A stretch of 53,366 nt of DNA from Amylibacter sp. (GTDB lineage Bacteria > Pseudomonadota > Alphaproteobacteria > Rhodobacterales > Rhodobacteraceae): NCBI GenBank assembly GCA_021775375.1, contig JAJFHY010000114.1, positions 1 through 53,366 on the forward strand, in the 5' to 3' direction. A program made the translations under genes and the position numbers. Within the stretch, counting starts at the first letter, position 1. Every line of letters starts with the position of its first letter. The notes below the pieces were generated by a model, which did no database searches, was not told where the DNA came from, and was given only the letters and a program-made list of their open reading frames with translations. This document shows, piece after piece, positions 26,216 through 35,988 of the stretch.

Positions 26216-27199
26216 TTAGTTGCTTAATGAACGATCCAGAAAGGTGTGGATTTTATCCGCGATTTCAGGTCCGTTTGTTTCAAGCGCAAAGTGGCCGGCA
26301 TCAAGCATATGAACCTCTGCATTCGGCAAGTCCCGTAAATATGGTGCGGCACCTTCACTTGGGAATATTACGTCATTTTTACCCCAGACAATCAAGGTCG
26401 GTGGTTGAAATGTCCGAAAGTATTCCTGAAATTCAGGGTATAGATCAACATTGGTGCGGTAATCGTAGAACAGGTCAAGCTGGATTTCCTGATTGCCGGG
26501 ACGATCCAGATAGGCTTGGTCAAGCATCCATGCATCCGGGCTGACCAGATCTGCATTTTCTGCAGGAATACCGTGTGTATACTGCCATTCCGTTGCGCCG
26601 ACTTCTAGGAAGCCACGTAGTTTTTCGCGGTTTCCTGTGGTGTCATCAGACCAGTAGGTTTTGAACACATCCCAGAATTCAAGCAGACCTTCATCATAGG
26701 CATTACCGTTTTGAATGATCAGAGCGTTGACTTTTTCAGGGGCTTTCAGAGCTAGACGATAACCAACCGGTGCACCGTAATCCATAACGTAAAGCGCATA
26801 ATCATCCAGTTTCAAAGTATTTGTGAAACCTTCCATCAGGGTTGCGTATGACGCAAATGAATAGTTGAAATCTTCGCGTGAAGGCATAGCACTACGGCCA
26901 AACCCCGGATAATCGGGCGCAATGACGTGATATTTATCGGCAAGGGCCGGGATCAGGTTGCGGTATTGCTGGGATGATGTCGGGAAGCCGTGGAGCAGCA
27001 GTAATGTTGGTGCGTCCTTTGCACCGGCTTCGCGGTAGAATATTTCAAGACCGTCGATTGCAACTGTTTTGTAGTGGATTGCATTTTCGGTTTGAGCAGA
27101 CGCTGCCTGCGCTTGTGTGGATGTTATGATTGGTGATGCGATTAATCCTAGTGCCAGAAAAGCAGCGCCAAAGGCTTGTTTGAATTTGAAGGGTGTCAT
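26216..27199 (-). CDS. Alpha/beta hydrolase (epoxide hydrolase/haloalkane dehalogenase-like) with a signal peptide
   Basis: [20 protein letters not shown] (Asp nucleophile), GHFALE; N-terminal basic, hydrophobic and AQA signal. Confidence 0.87.
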   Translation of the reverse strand: MTPFKFKQAFGAAFLALGLIASPIITSTQAQAASAQTENAIHYKTVAIDGLEIFYREAGAKDAPTLLLLHGFPTSSQQYRNLIPALADKYHVIAPDYPGFGRSAMPSREDFNYSFASYATLMEGFTNTLKLDDYALYVMDYGAPVGYRLALKAPEKVNALIIQNGNAYDEGLLEFWDVFKTYWSDDTTGNREKLRGFLEVGATEWQYTHGIPAENADLVSPDAWMLDQAYLDRPGNQEIQLDLFYDYRTNVDLYPEFQEYFRTFQPPTLIVWGKNDVIFPSEGAAPYLRDLPNAEVHMLDAGHFALETNGPEIADKIHTFLDRSLSN

Positions 27200-27300
27200 T
27201 TTATGTTCTTCCTTTGTGTATCAGGCGTTGGCCCGTGTTGCGTTAAAATATGTATAGAGTTATTTATTTAGTTGAATAATACGTTTAATATTGAATATAC

Positions 27301-27319
27301 TATTCCAAAAATAGGAATA
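27301..27319. promoter_or_regulatory. LysR box TATTCC-N7-GGAATA
   Basis: TATTCCAAAAATAGGAATA immediately before the LysR start. Confidence 0.6.
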
Positions 27320-27322
27320 ATA

Positions 27323-28228
27323 ATGGATCGCTTGCTGGAAATGGAAGTATTTGTAGCTGTCAATGAAATGGGCAGTTTCAACAAAGCGGCTGAAAGAATG
27401 CGTATGTCGCCGCCAGCGATTACACGCGCGGTTTCATCACTGGAAGAGCGACTTGGTGTATCATTGTTGACGCGTACGACACGGCGATTGCATCTGACCG
27501 ATGCGGGGATACGGTTTCTGGAAAGTGCGCAACGCTTGTTGGGGGAAATCGACACGGCTGAAAAGAATGCCAGTGGAGAGATGGGTGTGCCGCAAGGGCA
27601 TCTGACAATTTCCGCCTCTGTCACGTTCGGGAGATACATTATAACCCCGATGGTGCGCGCATTTTTGCAAGCGCATCCGAAAATTACCGCGACTGTCCTT
27701 GGGTTGGACCGTGTGGTGAATATGGTAGACGAGGGTGTTGATGCGGCCGTGCGCATTGGGGATTTGCCTGAATCCAGCCTGATTGCCCGCCGTGTGGGTC
27801 ATGTGCGCCGCTTTTTTGTCGCCAGTCCCGATTATCTTGCACGTAGAGGTTATCCCGTCGTACCACAGGATCTGAAACTGCATTCAATTATTGGGTTTTC
27901 GAATATCCTGACAAATCAGGATTGGTATTACAAAACCCCGACGGCAAAAGGCCATGTTACACTTGCACCGCGCCTAGAGGTGAATGATGCCACAGCAGCG
28001 GTAGAGGCAGCCCTTGCGGGCGAAGGGATTACAATGGCGATGTCATATCTGCTTGGGGATTTGATCAAGACAAAGCAGCTGATACCAATATTGACAGATT
28101 ATTTACCGCAAGAGTTACCTGTTCATCTGGTGTTTCCACAAAGCCGGCTGATTGCGCCGAAGTTACGGGCATTCATAGATTACTCGGGGCATCGTTTAAA
28201 ACGTGAACTGGTCGGTCTGGCGATCTAG
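27323..28228 (+). CDS. LysR family regulator (DmlR/CrgA-like)
   Basis: MDRLLEMEVF...LEERLGVSLLTRTTRR, DEGVDAAVRIGDL, PKLRAFID. Confidence 0.92.
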   Translation: MDRLLEMEVFVAVNEMGSFNKAAERMRMSPPAITRAVSSLEERLGVSLLTRTTRRLHLTDAGIRFLESAQRLLGEIDTAEKNASGEMGVPQGHLTISASVTFGRYIITPMVRAFLQAHPKITATVLGLDRVVNMVDEGVDAAVRIGDLPESSLIARRVGHVRRFFVASPDYLARRGYPVVPQDLKLHSIIGFSNILTNQDWYYKTPTAKGHVTLAPRLEVNDATAAVEAALAGEGITMAMSYLLGDLIKTKQLIPILTDYLPQELPVHLVFPQSRLIAPKLRAFIDYSGHRLKRELVGLAI

Positions 28229-29373
28229 AATGGCTCTTGGGATGGTTGGACTGCTGTTGCGCGGCTTTCCATACGTTCCAGATTAACGATTGTAGACAGC
28301 ATCAACCGATCTTGTGACCAATCGCCCGGCTTTTGTATGGCAAGCGACATCAGAATGACCAACGCCATTGCGGGAAGTAAAAGACATGCAAAAGCTTTGC
28401 GCGATATAGGTGTGGTCGCAGGTTCGACCATGGCAATGATGCGATGTTTTAAAGATGCTGCAGCACTTAAACCAAGCGGTGTGTTTTCAACCTGAACAAA
28501 TGGAACCGCCGGTAGTGCAATTGAGTAACTGTCTTCTTTGCGGATACTGTTTTTACAGACTTTCAACAGACACTCGCAATACGCCTGAATATCGAAGTGT
28601 TTTTTTAAGACCAGTTGTTGATCACAGGCCAGTTCGCGTAATTGTTGAACCTGACGTTTCCAGAAGTAAAACACGGGGTTCCAGAAAAAGAACGGACGCA
28701 AGGCCTCTAGAATAAAAGCCCATTCCACATCACCCTGACGGATGTGCTGAAGCTCGTGACCCAATGCCATTTTCAGGTCTTCGTTTTCGGCCAACATTCC
28801 CGACGGTATAACCACATAACGTGTGTTCAGACTGCGGGTGGAAAACGGGATAAAGGTTGTATCGCTTAACCGAATTTTCAGATTGCCAAACTGCCGCCAT
28901 GCATAACTTGCCCGTAATACTGACCTGAGTTTGAAAATATTGATAATTGAACGGGCAAATATTGCGGTAAAACCAATGGAAAACAATATTGCAATGGTAA
29001 AACCGGTAGGTGTATTCAAACTGAGAATATCTTGCATAAATGTATTGCGTATTCCAAGCATACGCTCAAATTCAACGGCTTTCATTTCAATGCTGCCATT
29101 CAGATACTGGGCAACTGCAATGTCGGAAACGCTCATAGAGAAATCAGGGGATAGCAGGCCCAGTTGAATGGATGCGGCAATTGCCGCTATCGCGATCGGG
29201 CTAAGGGCTATGGCTAAAAAGACACCGTTTAACAGGCGCAGCTGAAATATATAGGGTAACTGGAACTTTAGTTTATTATTTGTGTATTGAATGAATTTCC
29301 ACAGGGCGAATGCAAAGATCAGCATAATATTGGCATTGATATAAGCGTTCAGAACAGCATCAGTCAGTATCAT
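28225..29373 (-). CDS. M56 family (BlaR1/MecR1-type) membrane metallopeptidase lacking a penicillin-binding sensor domain
   Basis: Several TM helices; HELQH zinc motif, FFWNP, RELACD, SLKHRI; C-terminal tail of only about 35 aa; coupled to a BlaI-like gene. Confidence 0.85.
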   Translation of the reverse strand: MILTDAVLNAYINANIMLIFAFALWKFIQYTNNKLKFQLPYIFQLRLLNGVFLAIALSPIAIAAIAASIQLGLLSPDFSMSVSDIAVAQYLNGSIEMKAVEFERMLGIRNTFMQDILSLNTPTGFTIAILFSIGFTAIFARSIINIFKLRSVLRASYAWRQFGNLKIRLSDTTFIPFSTRSLNTRYVVIPSGMLAENEDLKMALGHELQHIRQGDVEWAFILEALRPFFFWNPVFYFWKRQVQQLRELACDQQLVLKKHFDIQAYCECLLKVCKNSIRKEDSYSIALPAVPFVQVENTPLGLSAAASLKHRIIAMVEPATTPISRKAFACLLLPAMALVILMSLAIQKPGDWSQDRLMLSTIVNLERMESRATAVQPSQEPF

Positions 29374-29758
29374 TTTTCAACCTCTTATCCAACAGAGCTC
29401 GAATTTCCTCTAATGCTTCTTCAGACATACCGTAATCATCAACCAGACGTGCAACCAGTGATACAGGTGTGTCGTCAAACAGCTTTTCAGACAGGTTCTT
29501 AAGCGACCTTGACTGATAGACATCTTTTTTAATGGTGGGCTGGTATATGAATGTCTTGCCCTCTTTCGTGCTTACCACAAATTCTTTCTTTTCCAAAATC
29601 CGTAGAATTGTGGCGGCGGATGTGTAGGCCAGATTGCGTCCGGGTGCCAGTTTGGCCAGAACGTCACGTACGGTTCCCTGACCTAGTTTCCATAGATGAG
29701 ACATGAACTCCAGTTCGACTTCCGTCAGCAGTTCGTTCTTTTTCTTTTTTTGTCTCAT
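29360..29758 (-). CDS. BlaI/MecI/CopY family repressor
   Basis: LTEVELEFMSHLW, TVRDV, LAYTSAATILRILEKK, C-terminal LEEIRALL; alternative start at 29773. Confidence 0.9.
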   Translation of the reverse strand: MRQKKKKNELLTEVELEFMSHLWKLGQGTVRDVLAKLAPGRNLAYTSAATILRILEKKEFVVSTKEGKTFIYQPTIKKDVYQSRSLKNLSEKLFDDTPVSLVARLVDDYGMSEEALEEIRALLDKRLKNDTD

Positions 29759-29835
29759 TCTTATTTTATCCAAAATAAATTTTTACTGGGCCCACTAAAT
29801 ACTAAAATCGACGTTTTTCCAAGTGCCAAGCTGAC

Positions 29836-30114
29836 TTATACTTTCCAGAAACAAAACACGCCCCATCCTATGGCCAAGCCAAGTGGTGCCCAAAGCGGCA
29901 TTCCCATCAATCCAAGCCATGCCAAAAAGATGTAGACCGTTCCAAGAAGCGAGATAAACAAGCGGTCACCGCGTGTGGTGGTAAGCCCGAATATTCCTTT
30001 GCGTTCAGCACCGCCGGGGTATTTTATTTCCAATACCGTTAACACACCCATCGCGCTGAAAATTCCAATGAAAATCAGTGCAGTGGGCCAGGTCCATGCC
30101 ATCCATCCCAGCAT
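29836..30114 (-). CDS. glpU: DUF2160 small membrane protein of glycerol ABC systems (GlpU-like)
   Basis: WMAWTWPTA, ERKG...TTRGDRLFISLLG. Confidence 0.8.
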   Translation of the reverse strand: MLGWMAWTWPTALIFIGIFSAMGVLTVLEIKYPGGAERKGIFGLTTTRGDRLFISLLGTVYIFLAWLGLMGMPLWAPLGLAIGWGVFCFWKV

Positions 30115-30911
30115 TATACCCTCCCCAGGGCAAAGCCCTTGGCTATGTGGTTGCGCACAAAATAAATCACGATGGCACCGGGGATGATGGTCAGTGTTCC
30201 AGCGGCAGCCAACAGCCCCAATTCATATCCGGCACTTGAAGCGGTTTTCGTCATAGTGGCAGCAATCGGTTTTGCGTAAACCGCGGTCAGGGTTTTGGCC
30301 AACAGAAGTTCAACCCATGAAAACATGAAGCAAAAGAATGCGGCAACACCGACGCCTGCTTTGATCGATGGCAGGAATATAGTGGTAAAAAAGCGCGGAA
30401 ATGAATAACCGTCGACGTAGGCGGTTTCATCCAGTTCTTTGGGAACACCCCCCATGAAGCCTTCTAATATCCAAACGGCGAGCGGGATATTAAACAGGCA
30501 ATGCGCAAGAGCCACGGCAATGTGGGTGTCAAACAGGCCAACTGCTGAATATAGCTGGAAGAAAGGCAGTGCGAAAACGGCGGCGGGGGCCATGCGGTTC
30601 GTCAAAAGCCAGAAGAACAGTTGCTTGTCGCCCAAGAAACGGTAGCGCGAAAATGCGTAAGCAGCAGGCAGGGCGACGATTAGGGAAATGACCGTGTTCA
30701 GCGATACATAGATAACCGAATTTATATACCCCCAATACCATGTGGGGTCAGTGAAAATCACCCGGTAGTTATCAAACGTCCATGTTTGCGGGAACAGTGA
30801 AAACCCTGACAGAATTTCGCCCGTGGTCTTAAAGCTCATCGCGACAAGCCAATAAATCGGCAGCAATAGAAACAGGATGTAAATCAGCGGGATAAGGGTT
30901 CGTTTGCGCAT
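30114..30911 (-). CDS. Carbohydrate (glycerol) ABC permease
   Basis: AAYAFSRY, LLTNRMAP, ELDETAYVDG EAA-like loop. Confidence 0.9.
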   Translation of the reverse strand: MRKRTLIPLIYILFLLLPIYWLVAMSFKTTGEILSGFSLFPQTWTFDNYRVIFTDPTWYWGYINSVIYVSLNTVISLIVALPAAYAFSRYRFLGDKQLFFWLLTNRMAPAAVFALPFFQLYSAVGLFDTHIAVALAHCLFNIPLAVWILEGFMGGVPKELDETAYVDGYSFPRFFTTIFLPSIKAGVGVAAFFCFMFSWVELLLAKTLTAVYAKPIAATMTKTASSAGYELGLLAAAGTLTIIPGAIVIYFVRNHIAKGFALGRV

Positions 30912-30921
30912 GGTGTTCGTC

Positions 30922-31785
30922 CTAATTCGTGTCGTCTTTGGTCATTAGCGTGTAGAATAGCCATGACACAAAAAGGGTGATTGCAAAGTAGATCAGCGAC
31001 ATTGCGGCGGCAGGGCCAAGGTCAAACTGGCCAAGGGCGATTTTGACGAGGTCGATCGACAACAGGGTTGTCGCATTGCCGGGGCCTCCGCCGGTTAAAA
31101 CGAAAATTTCGGTGTATATGTTGAAACTATCCATGAAGCGCAACAGGATGGCGATGGTAAGGACCTGTTTCATTTTGGGCAGTTGGATGTAACGGAATAC
31201 CGCCCAGTTTGATGCCCCGTCGATCTTTGCTGCCTGATAGTAGGCATCCGGAATAGATACCAATCCGGCATAACTGAGCAGTACTACAAGGGATGTCCAG
31301 TGCCAGACATCCATTGTGATGATCGTGGCCCAAGCGGCAAACGTATTTTGGGTCATGTCGTAATTGATGCCTAATGTGTGGTTCATCAGATATCCAAGCA
31401 GGCCAATATCGGGCAGGGTAAAGATGTTCCACATCGCCCCCACCACATTCCAAGGGATCAACATCGGCAGGGCCATTGTCACCAGACAGACGGGCACCCA
31501 AAAGCCTGAACGCGGCATGGATAGGGCGATAATGATACCCAAGGGGATTTCAATGGCCAGAATGATTGCGGTGAACAGGAATTGGCGACCCAAAGCTGCG
31601 TGAAACCGTTCAGAGTGCAGCAGTTTTTCGAACCAGCCCAAGCCTTCCCAGAAAAACAGGTTGTTGCCAAAGGTTTCCTGCACCGAATAATTGACCACCG
31701 TCATCATTGGTATGAGCGCGTTAAAGGCCACCAGTAAAAGAACGGGCAGAACAAAGAGCCAGGCCTTTTGGTAATGCTTTTTCAT
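30922..31785 (-). CDS. Carbohydrate (glycerol) ABC permease
   Basis: LIPMMTVVNYSVQETFG, MDVWHWT, YYQAAKIDGAS, LTGGGPG. Confidence 0.9.
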   Translation of the reverse strand: MKKHYQKAWLFVLPVLLLVAFNALIPMMTVVNYSVQETFGNNLFFWEGLGWFEKLLHSERFHAALGRQFLFTAIILAIEIPLGIIIALSMPRSGFWVPVCLVTMALPMLIPWNVVGAMWNIFTLPDIGLLGYLMNHTLGINYDMTQNTFAAWATIITMDVWHWTSLVVLLSYAGLVSIPDAYYQAAKIDGASNWAVFRYIQLPKMKQVLTIAILLRFMDSFNIYTEIFVLTGGGPGNATTLLSIDLVKIALGQFDLGPAAAMSLIYFAITLFVSWLFYTLMTKDDTN

Positions 31786-32867
31786 GGCTGCGTTCCTTGT
31801 GCCTGTGTGGCAATCCAGCCGTCACGGTATAGTCGCGTTTTCGCGGGTTCAAATGACAGATGAACGGCCTCGCCCTGTGCGGGTACGGGCCCGTTTACAA
31901 CGGCTTTAACCAAGGTTTCCCCGACCATCGCATCAACCACATTATGACGGCCGACGTCCGATACTTTACGAATTTTGGCCTTTAGGCCCTGATCGCCTAG
32001 GCTGACATACTCGGGGCGGATGCCGATCTCGGTGATACCGCCTTTGTCACCCTCAATGGCACCTTCCAGCTTAATCGGATTGCCGTGAAACAGTGCAGCC
32101 CCTTGATTAACGTCACAAGACAGCACATTCATGCCCGGTGATCCGATGAAATGACCCACGAAAGTATGGGCCGGCCGCTCGAACAATTCAACAGGCGTGC
32201 CGATTTGCACGATCTCGCCGTCGTTCATTACAACAACCTGATCAGCAAAGGTTAACGCCTCGGTCTGGTCGTGTGTGACATAGATCATCGTTGCACGCAC
32301 CCTATGATGCAGCTCTTTCAGTTTAGAGCGTAGTTTCCATTTAAGATGCGGGTCGATGACAGTAAGGGGCTCATCAAACATCACCACATTCACGTCTTTA
32401 CGTACCAGCCCGCGCCCCATGGATATTTTTTGTTTATTGTCAGGTGAGAGGCCTGCTGCGCGCAGCTGAAGCATATCATCAAGCTCCAGCATATGGGCGA
32501 TCTCTTCGACCCGCTGTTTAACAGACACCTCATCAATGCCGCGATTGCGCAAGGGAAACGCAAGGTTATTAAAAACAGTCATGGTGTCGTAGATCACGGG
32601 GAACTGGAAAACCTGCGCGATATTACGTTGATCAGGGGGCAGGGCTGTTACATCTTTTCCATCAAAAAGAATTTGACCTTCCGAAGGGTCTAACAGCCCG
32701 GAAATAATATTCAGCAAAGTTGATTTCCCGCAACCGGACGGGCCTAATAATGCGTATGCGCCTCCGTCATCCCAATCCAGATCGATTTCCTTAAGAGCGT
32801 AATCTTCCGGTGCTTTTGGATTGGGGTAATAGCTGTGTCGTAATTTTGAAAGGGTGATTTTTGCCAT
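31782..32867 (-). CDS. ABC ATP-binding subunit (glycerol transporter, GlpT-like)
   Basis: GPSGCGKST, degenerate signature LSPDNKQK, DEPL, YVTHDQ. Confidence 0.9.
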   Translation of the reverse strand: MAKITLSKLRHSYYPNPKAPEDYALKEIDLDWDDGGAYALLGPSGCGKSTLLNIISGLLDPSEGQILFDGKDVTALPPDQRNIAQVFQFPVIYDTMTVFNNLAFPLRNRGIDEVSVKQRVEEIAHMLELDDMLQLRAAGLSPDNKQKISMGRGLVRKDVNVVMFDEPLTVIDPHLKWKLRSKLKELHHRVRATMIYVTHDQTEALTFADQVVVMNDGEIVQIGTPVELFERPAHTFVGHFIGSPGMNVLSCDVNQGAALFHGNPIKLEGAIEGDKGGITEIGIRPEYVSLGDQGLKAKIRKVSDVGRHNVVDAMVGETLVKAVVNGPVPAQGEAVHLSFEPAKTRLYRDGWIATQAQGTQP

Positions 32868-32879
32868 GTCTTTTACCCT

Positions 32880-33944
32880 TTACGCGACAAGAGCGCCGTC
32901 GGGCGCAAAGTAGAAACATTTACTGGGGTCCATGTAAAAATCATGGGCTTCACCTATCTGGTATGGTTGAATGCCACGTGCCAATGAGACCCATGTATTA
33001 TCGCCCATTTGAAAATGCGCACTGCTTTCAGAGCCGCTTAATTCGGTTACCAAAACGGTGCCTTTTAATGTGACTGTAGTCAAATCTGTTTGAGCGGGCA
33101 TGATATGGTTCGGACGAACAGCGACAGTGTATTGACCGTCTTGCAAGTTGGCTGCAATCCCGGTTAGCGCCCATGTTGTGTCTGCGTCAAGAGTCGCTGT
33201 TGCGCCTTTTTTCGTAATGGTTGCCGCGTTGATTGGCGGGCTGGAAAATACTTGAGCCGATGCCAGATTGTGGGGGTTGCGGTAAATTTTGGCCGTGGGG
33301 CCGAATTGTGTGACATGGCCGTCATTCATCAATGCGGTATAGCCCCCCAATAACAATGCCTCTTCCGGCTCGGATGTAGCGTAAACCACGACGGCACCGC
33401 GGCCTGCGAATAATTCCGGTAATTGTTCGCGTAACTCTTCGCGCAGTTTATAATCAAGGTTTGCCAATGGCTCATCCAGAAACACCGCGCGACTTTCCTT
33501 GGCAATGGCGCGTGCAAGGGCTGTCCGTTGCTGTTGACCGCCTGACAGCTCTTGCGGGCGGCGTTGCAGCATAGGGCGGAGTTGTAAAATATCTGCGGCT
33601 TCTTCAACGCGACCTTGTATCTCGGATTTAGCCATGCCGGCCACTTTCAGCGGCGAGGCGATATTGTCGTAGACAGTCATATGTGGGTAGTTGACAAAAA
33701 ACTGGTGTACCAGACTGATATTGCGCTTCTGGGTCGATAGTTTCGTGACATCTTTGCCATCCATAAACACTTGCCCACTTGAAATCGGATCAAGCCCGGC
33801 CATCATTTTGATCAGGGACGTTTTCCCCGCGCCGGTTTCCCCTAGCAGCACATTGAAGTGACCCGGTTCAAGAACCAAACTGGTTTCTTTGATATGGGTG
33901 ATCCCATCAACGCTTTTAGTGATGTTTTTAAGCTCAAGTGTCAT
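32880..33944 (-). CDS. ABC ATP-binding subunit (glycerol transporter, GlpS-like)
   Basis: GETGAGKTS, LSGGQQQR, DEPLANLDYKLRE, YATSEP (H-loop His absent). Confidence 0.9.
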   Translation of the reverse strand: MTLELKNITKSVDGITHIKETSLVLEPGHFNVLLGETGAGKTSLIKMMAGLDPISSGQVFMDGKDVTKLSTQKRNISLVHQFFVNYPHMTVYDNIASPLKVAGMAKSEIQGRVEEAADILQLRPMLQRRPQELSGGQQQRTALARAIAKESRAVFLDEPLANLDYKLREELREQLPELFAGRGAVVVYATSEPEEALLLGGYTALMNDGHVTQFGPTAKIYRNPHNLASAQVFSSPPINAATITKKGATATLDADTTWALTGIAANLQDGQYTVAVRPNHIMPAQTDLTTVTLKGTVLVTELSGSESSAHFQMGDNTWVSLARGIQPYQIGEAHDFYMDPSKCFYFAPDGALVA

Positions 33945-33994
33945 TTATTTACTTTTATTGTGATGCGTTTTATGGCGCATCAAATCTACACAGT

Positions 33995-34017
33995 GCCGGG
34001 GCCAAAAAGGCCCCGGC
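33995..34017 (-). other. Strong intercistronic hairpin after the SBP gene
   Basis: GCCGGGGCC (33995-34003) / GGCCCCGGC (34009-34017), a perfect 9-bp stem. Confidence 0.6.
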
Positions 34018-34056
34018 TGGATGGGTCTGTTTTCAATAGCCCCATCAGGGAGAGCT

Positions 34057-35793
34057 CTATTGTGCGGCCCAGCGGGCAACAAGGTCGTCGTAGTTGACGG
34101 TTACACCTTGTGGCTTTTCATTGTCCAATGGGGGTTTTGCACCACCATTTGCATACCAGTATTCCGCGTCTTTTTCTGCGTTCAGACGTGGACCACAGCC
34201 GCCGTAGACATTGGCTGCCTCATCAACAGCTTGCATACGCGCCATTGTGATATCCATTTCACCCGCCAAACGATCCATCGCTTCTTGCGGCGTAAACGCA
34301 CCGGAATTCACGTCACCGATTTGCTGCCACCAGATCTGTGCCAGTTTTGGATAATCAGGCACGTTAATCCCTGTTGGCGACCATGCCACGCGGTCAGGCG
34401 AGCGGTAAAACTCGACCAAGCCGCCCAGATTAGGGGCGCGTTCGGAAAACGATGCGTGGTTAACGGTGCTGTTGCGAATAAAGGTCAGACCAACGTGTGA
34501 TTTTTTCACGTCCACGGTTTTAGACACAGCGAACTGTGCATATAACCATGCAGCCTTGGCACGATCTTCCGGTGTGGATTTTAAAATAGTCCAAGATCCA
34601 ACGTCCTGATAGCCAACTTTTTGGCCTTCTTGCCAATATGGGCCGTGTGGACTAGGGGCCATACGCCACAGCGGTTTGCCATTATCATCCACAGTATTGT
34701 TGCCTTCCGACTTCGGTTTTACCATATCTGCGGTAAAGGCCGTGTACCAGAAAATCTGTTGAGCTACATTGCCCTGACTAAGTGCGGGTAAAGACTGATA
34801 AAAGTCAAACGACGCCGCTCCGGGTGGTGCATAAGCACGCAACCATTCATCCCATTTACGGATCGCGTAGACCGCGGCCGGTCCGTTTGCTGCGCCACCC
34901 CGGCTGACAGATGCGCCTGACGGATTGCAAGAGCCCGCCTCCATGCGGATACCCCATTCATCAATCGGTATACCGTTTGGTTCACCTTTTGATCCCGTGC
35001 CTGCCATAGACAACCACGCGTCAGTCATACGCCAGCCTAGATCGGGTGCACGTTTACCGTAATCCATGTGGCCGTATATGCGCGTACCATCAACTTCTTT
35101 TACGTCATTGGAAAAGAACTCGGCGATGTCCTCATAAGCTGACCAGTTCACGGGCACGCCCAGATCATAACCATATTTGGCTTTGAACGCGGTTTTCAGG
35201 TCTTCACGGTCAAACCAATCTTTGCGGAACCAATAAAGGTTGGCAAATTGTTGGTCCGGTAACTGATAGAGATCACCGTCAGGCCCCGTAGTGAACTGGG
35301 TGCCAATAAAATCGCCCAGATCAAGGTCGGGGTTGGTCACGTCTGCGGCTGTACCTGCCATCCAGTCGGTCAGGTTATACGCCAATTGCAGACGAGAGTG
35401 TGTACCGATCAGGTCACTGTCGTTGACATAAGCGTCATAAAGATTACGGCCGGTTTGCATTTGGGTTTGAACCGCTTGCACAACTTCGCCTTCGCCCAAA
35501 ATCTGGTGATTGACCTTAATCCCCGTAATTTCTTCAAAAGCTTTTGTCAGTACTTCGGACTCATACGAATGCGTCGGAATACCTTCTGAAAGAACATTAA
35601 TCTCCATTCCGGCAAAAGGTTTCGCAGCATTGATGAACCACTTCATTTCAGCCATTTGATCATCTTTACTTAGTGATGATGGTTGAAATTCCTGATTGAT
35701 CCATTTTTGCGCCGAGGCCTCGTCGGCCATAACTGTTGTAGATCCCGCAACAACGGCAACGGCCGCAGCTGCGGATAGCAGATACTTACGCAT
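34057..35793 (-). CDS. glpV: Glycerol ABC transporter substrate-binding protein (GlpV-like)
   Basis: Signal peptide; EFQPSSLS..QMAEMKWF, NDSDLIGTH, YQLPDQQFANLYWFR, PTGINVPDYPKLAQ; context with DUF2160 and two ATPases matches rhizobial glpSTPQUV. Confidence 0.8.
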   Translation of the reverse strand: MRKYLLSAAAAVAVVAGSTTVMADEASAQKWINQEFQPSSLSKDDQMAEMKWFINAAKPFAGMEINVLSEGIPTHSYESEVLTKAFEEITGIKVNHQILGEGEVVQAVQTQMQTGRNLYDAYVNDSDLIGTHSRLQLAYNLTDWMAGTAADVTNPDLDLGDFIGTQFTTGPDGDLYQLPDQQFANLYWFRKDWFDREDLKTAFKAKYGYDLGVPVNWSAYEDIAEFFSNDVKEVDGTRIYGHMDYGKRAPDLGWRMTDAWLSMAGTGSKGEPNGIPIDEWGIRMEAGSCNPSGASVSRGGAANGPAAVYAIRKWDEWLRAYAPPGAASFDFYQSLPALSQGNVAQQIFWYTAFTADMVKPKSEGNNTVDDNGKPLWRMAPSPHGPYWQEGQKVGYQDVGSWTILKSTPEDRAKAAWLYAQFAVSKTVDVKKSHVGLTFIRNSTVNHASFSERAPNLGGLVEFYRSPDRVAWSPTGINVPDYPKLAQIWWQQIGDVNSGAFTPQEAMDRLAGEMDITMARMQAVDEAANVYGGCGPRLNAEKDAEYWYANGGAKPPLDNEKPQGVTVNYDDLVARWAAQ

Positions 35794-35872
35794 CTTTTCT
35801 CCTCCCATAATATTATTTAAACCAGCCTGCGCTGATCGTACCATAGTCAGCCAAAAGTTGCGATGTTGTCAA

Positions 35873-35886
35873 ACTAAAAGTTTAGT
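35873..35886. promoter_or_regulatory. Palindrome ACTAAA-N2-TTTAGT, putative BlaI-family operator
   Basis: ACTAAAAGTTTAGT about 80 bp upstream of glpV; ACTAAA half-sites recur at 35908, 29794 and 29801. Confidence 0.5.
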
Positions 35887-35988
35887 AGAATTGCTAAGAT
35901 AAATGTAACTAAATCGTGTGTTTAAAAAGAATCCTTTTTTTTCACATAACTATAGGGTTAGGATTTGTCGAATAAAGGGAGAGAAATT

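Noticed and set aside
18758-28228. Convergent 3' overlaps (18758-18769, 25067-25081, 28225-28228) as antisense regulation
   Set aside because: Short tail-to-tail overlaps are common in compact genomes, and there is no further evidence
28225-29773. Beta-lactam resistance locus (blaR1-blaI)
   Set aside because: There is no penicillin-binding sensor domain and no beta-lactamase or PBP gene in the window
35936-35960. Pho box upstream of the PhnD-like gene
   Set aside because: Only one weak half-site (TTCACAT) and no direct repeat at 11-bp spacing
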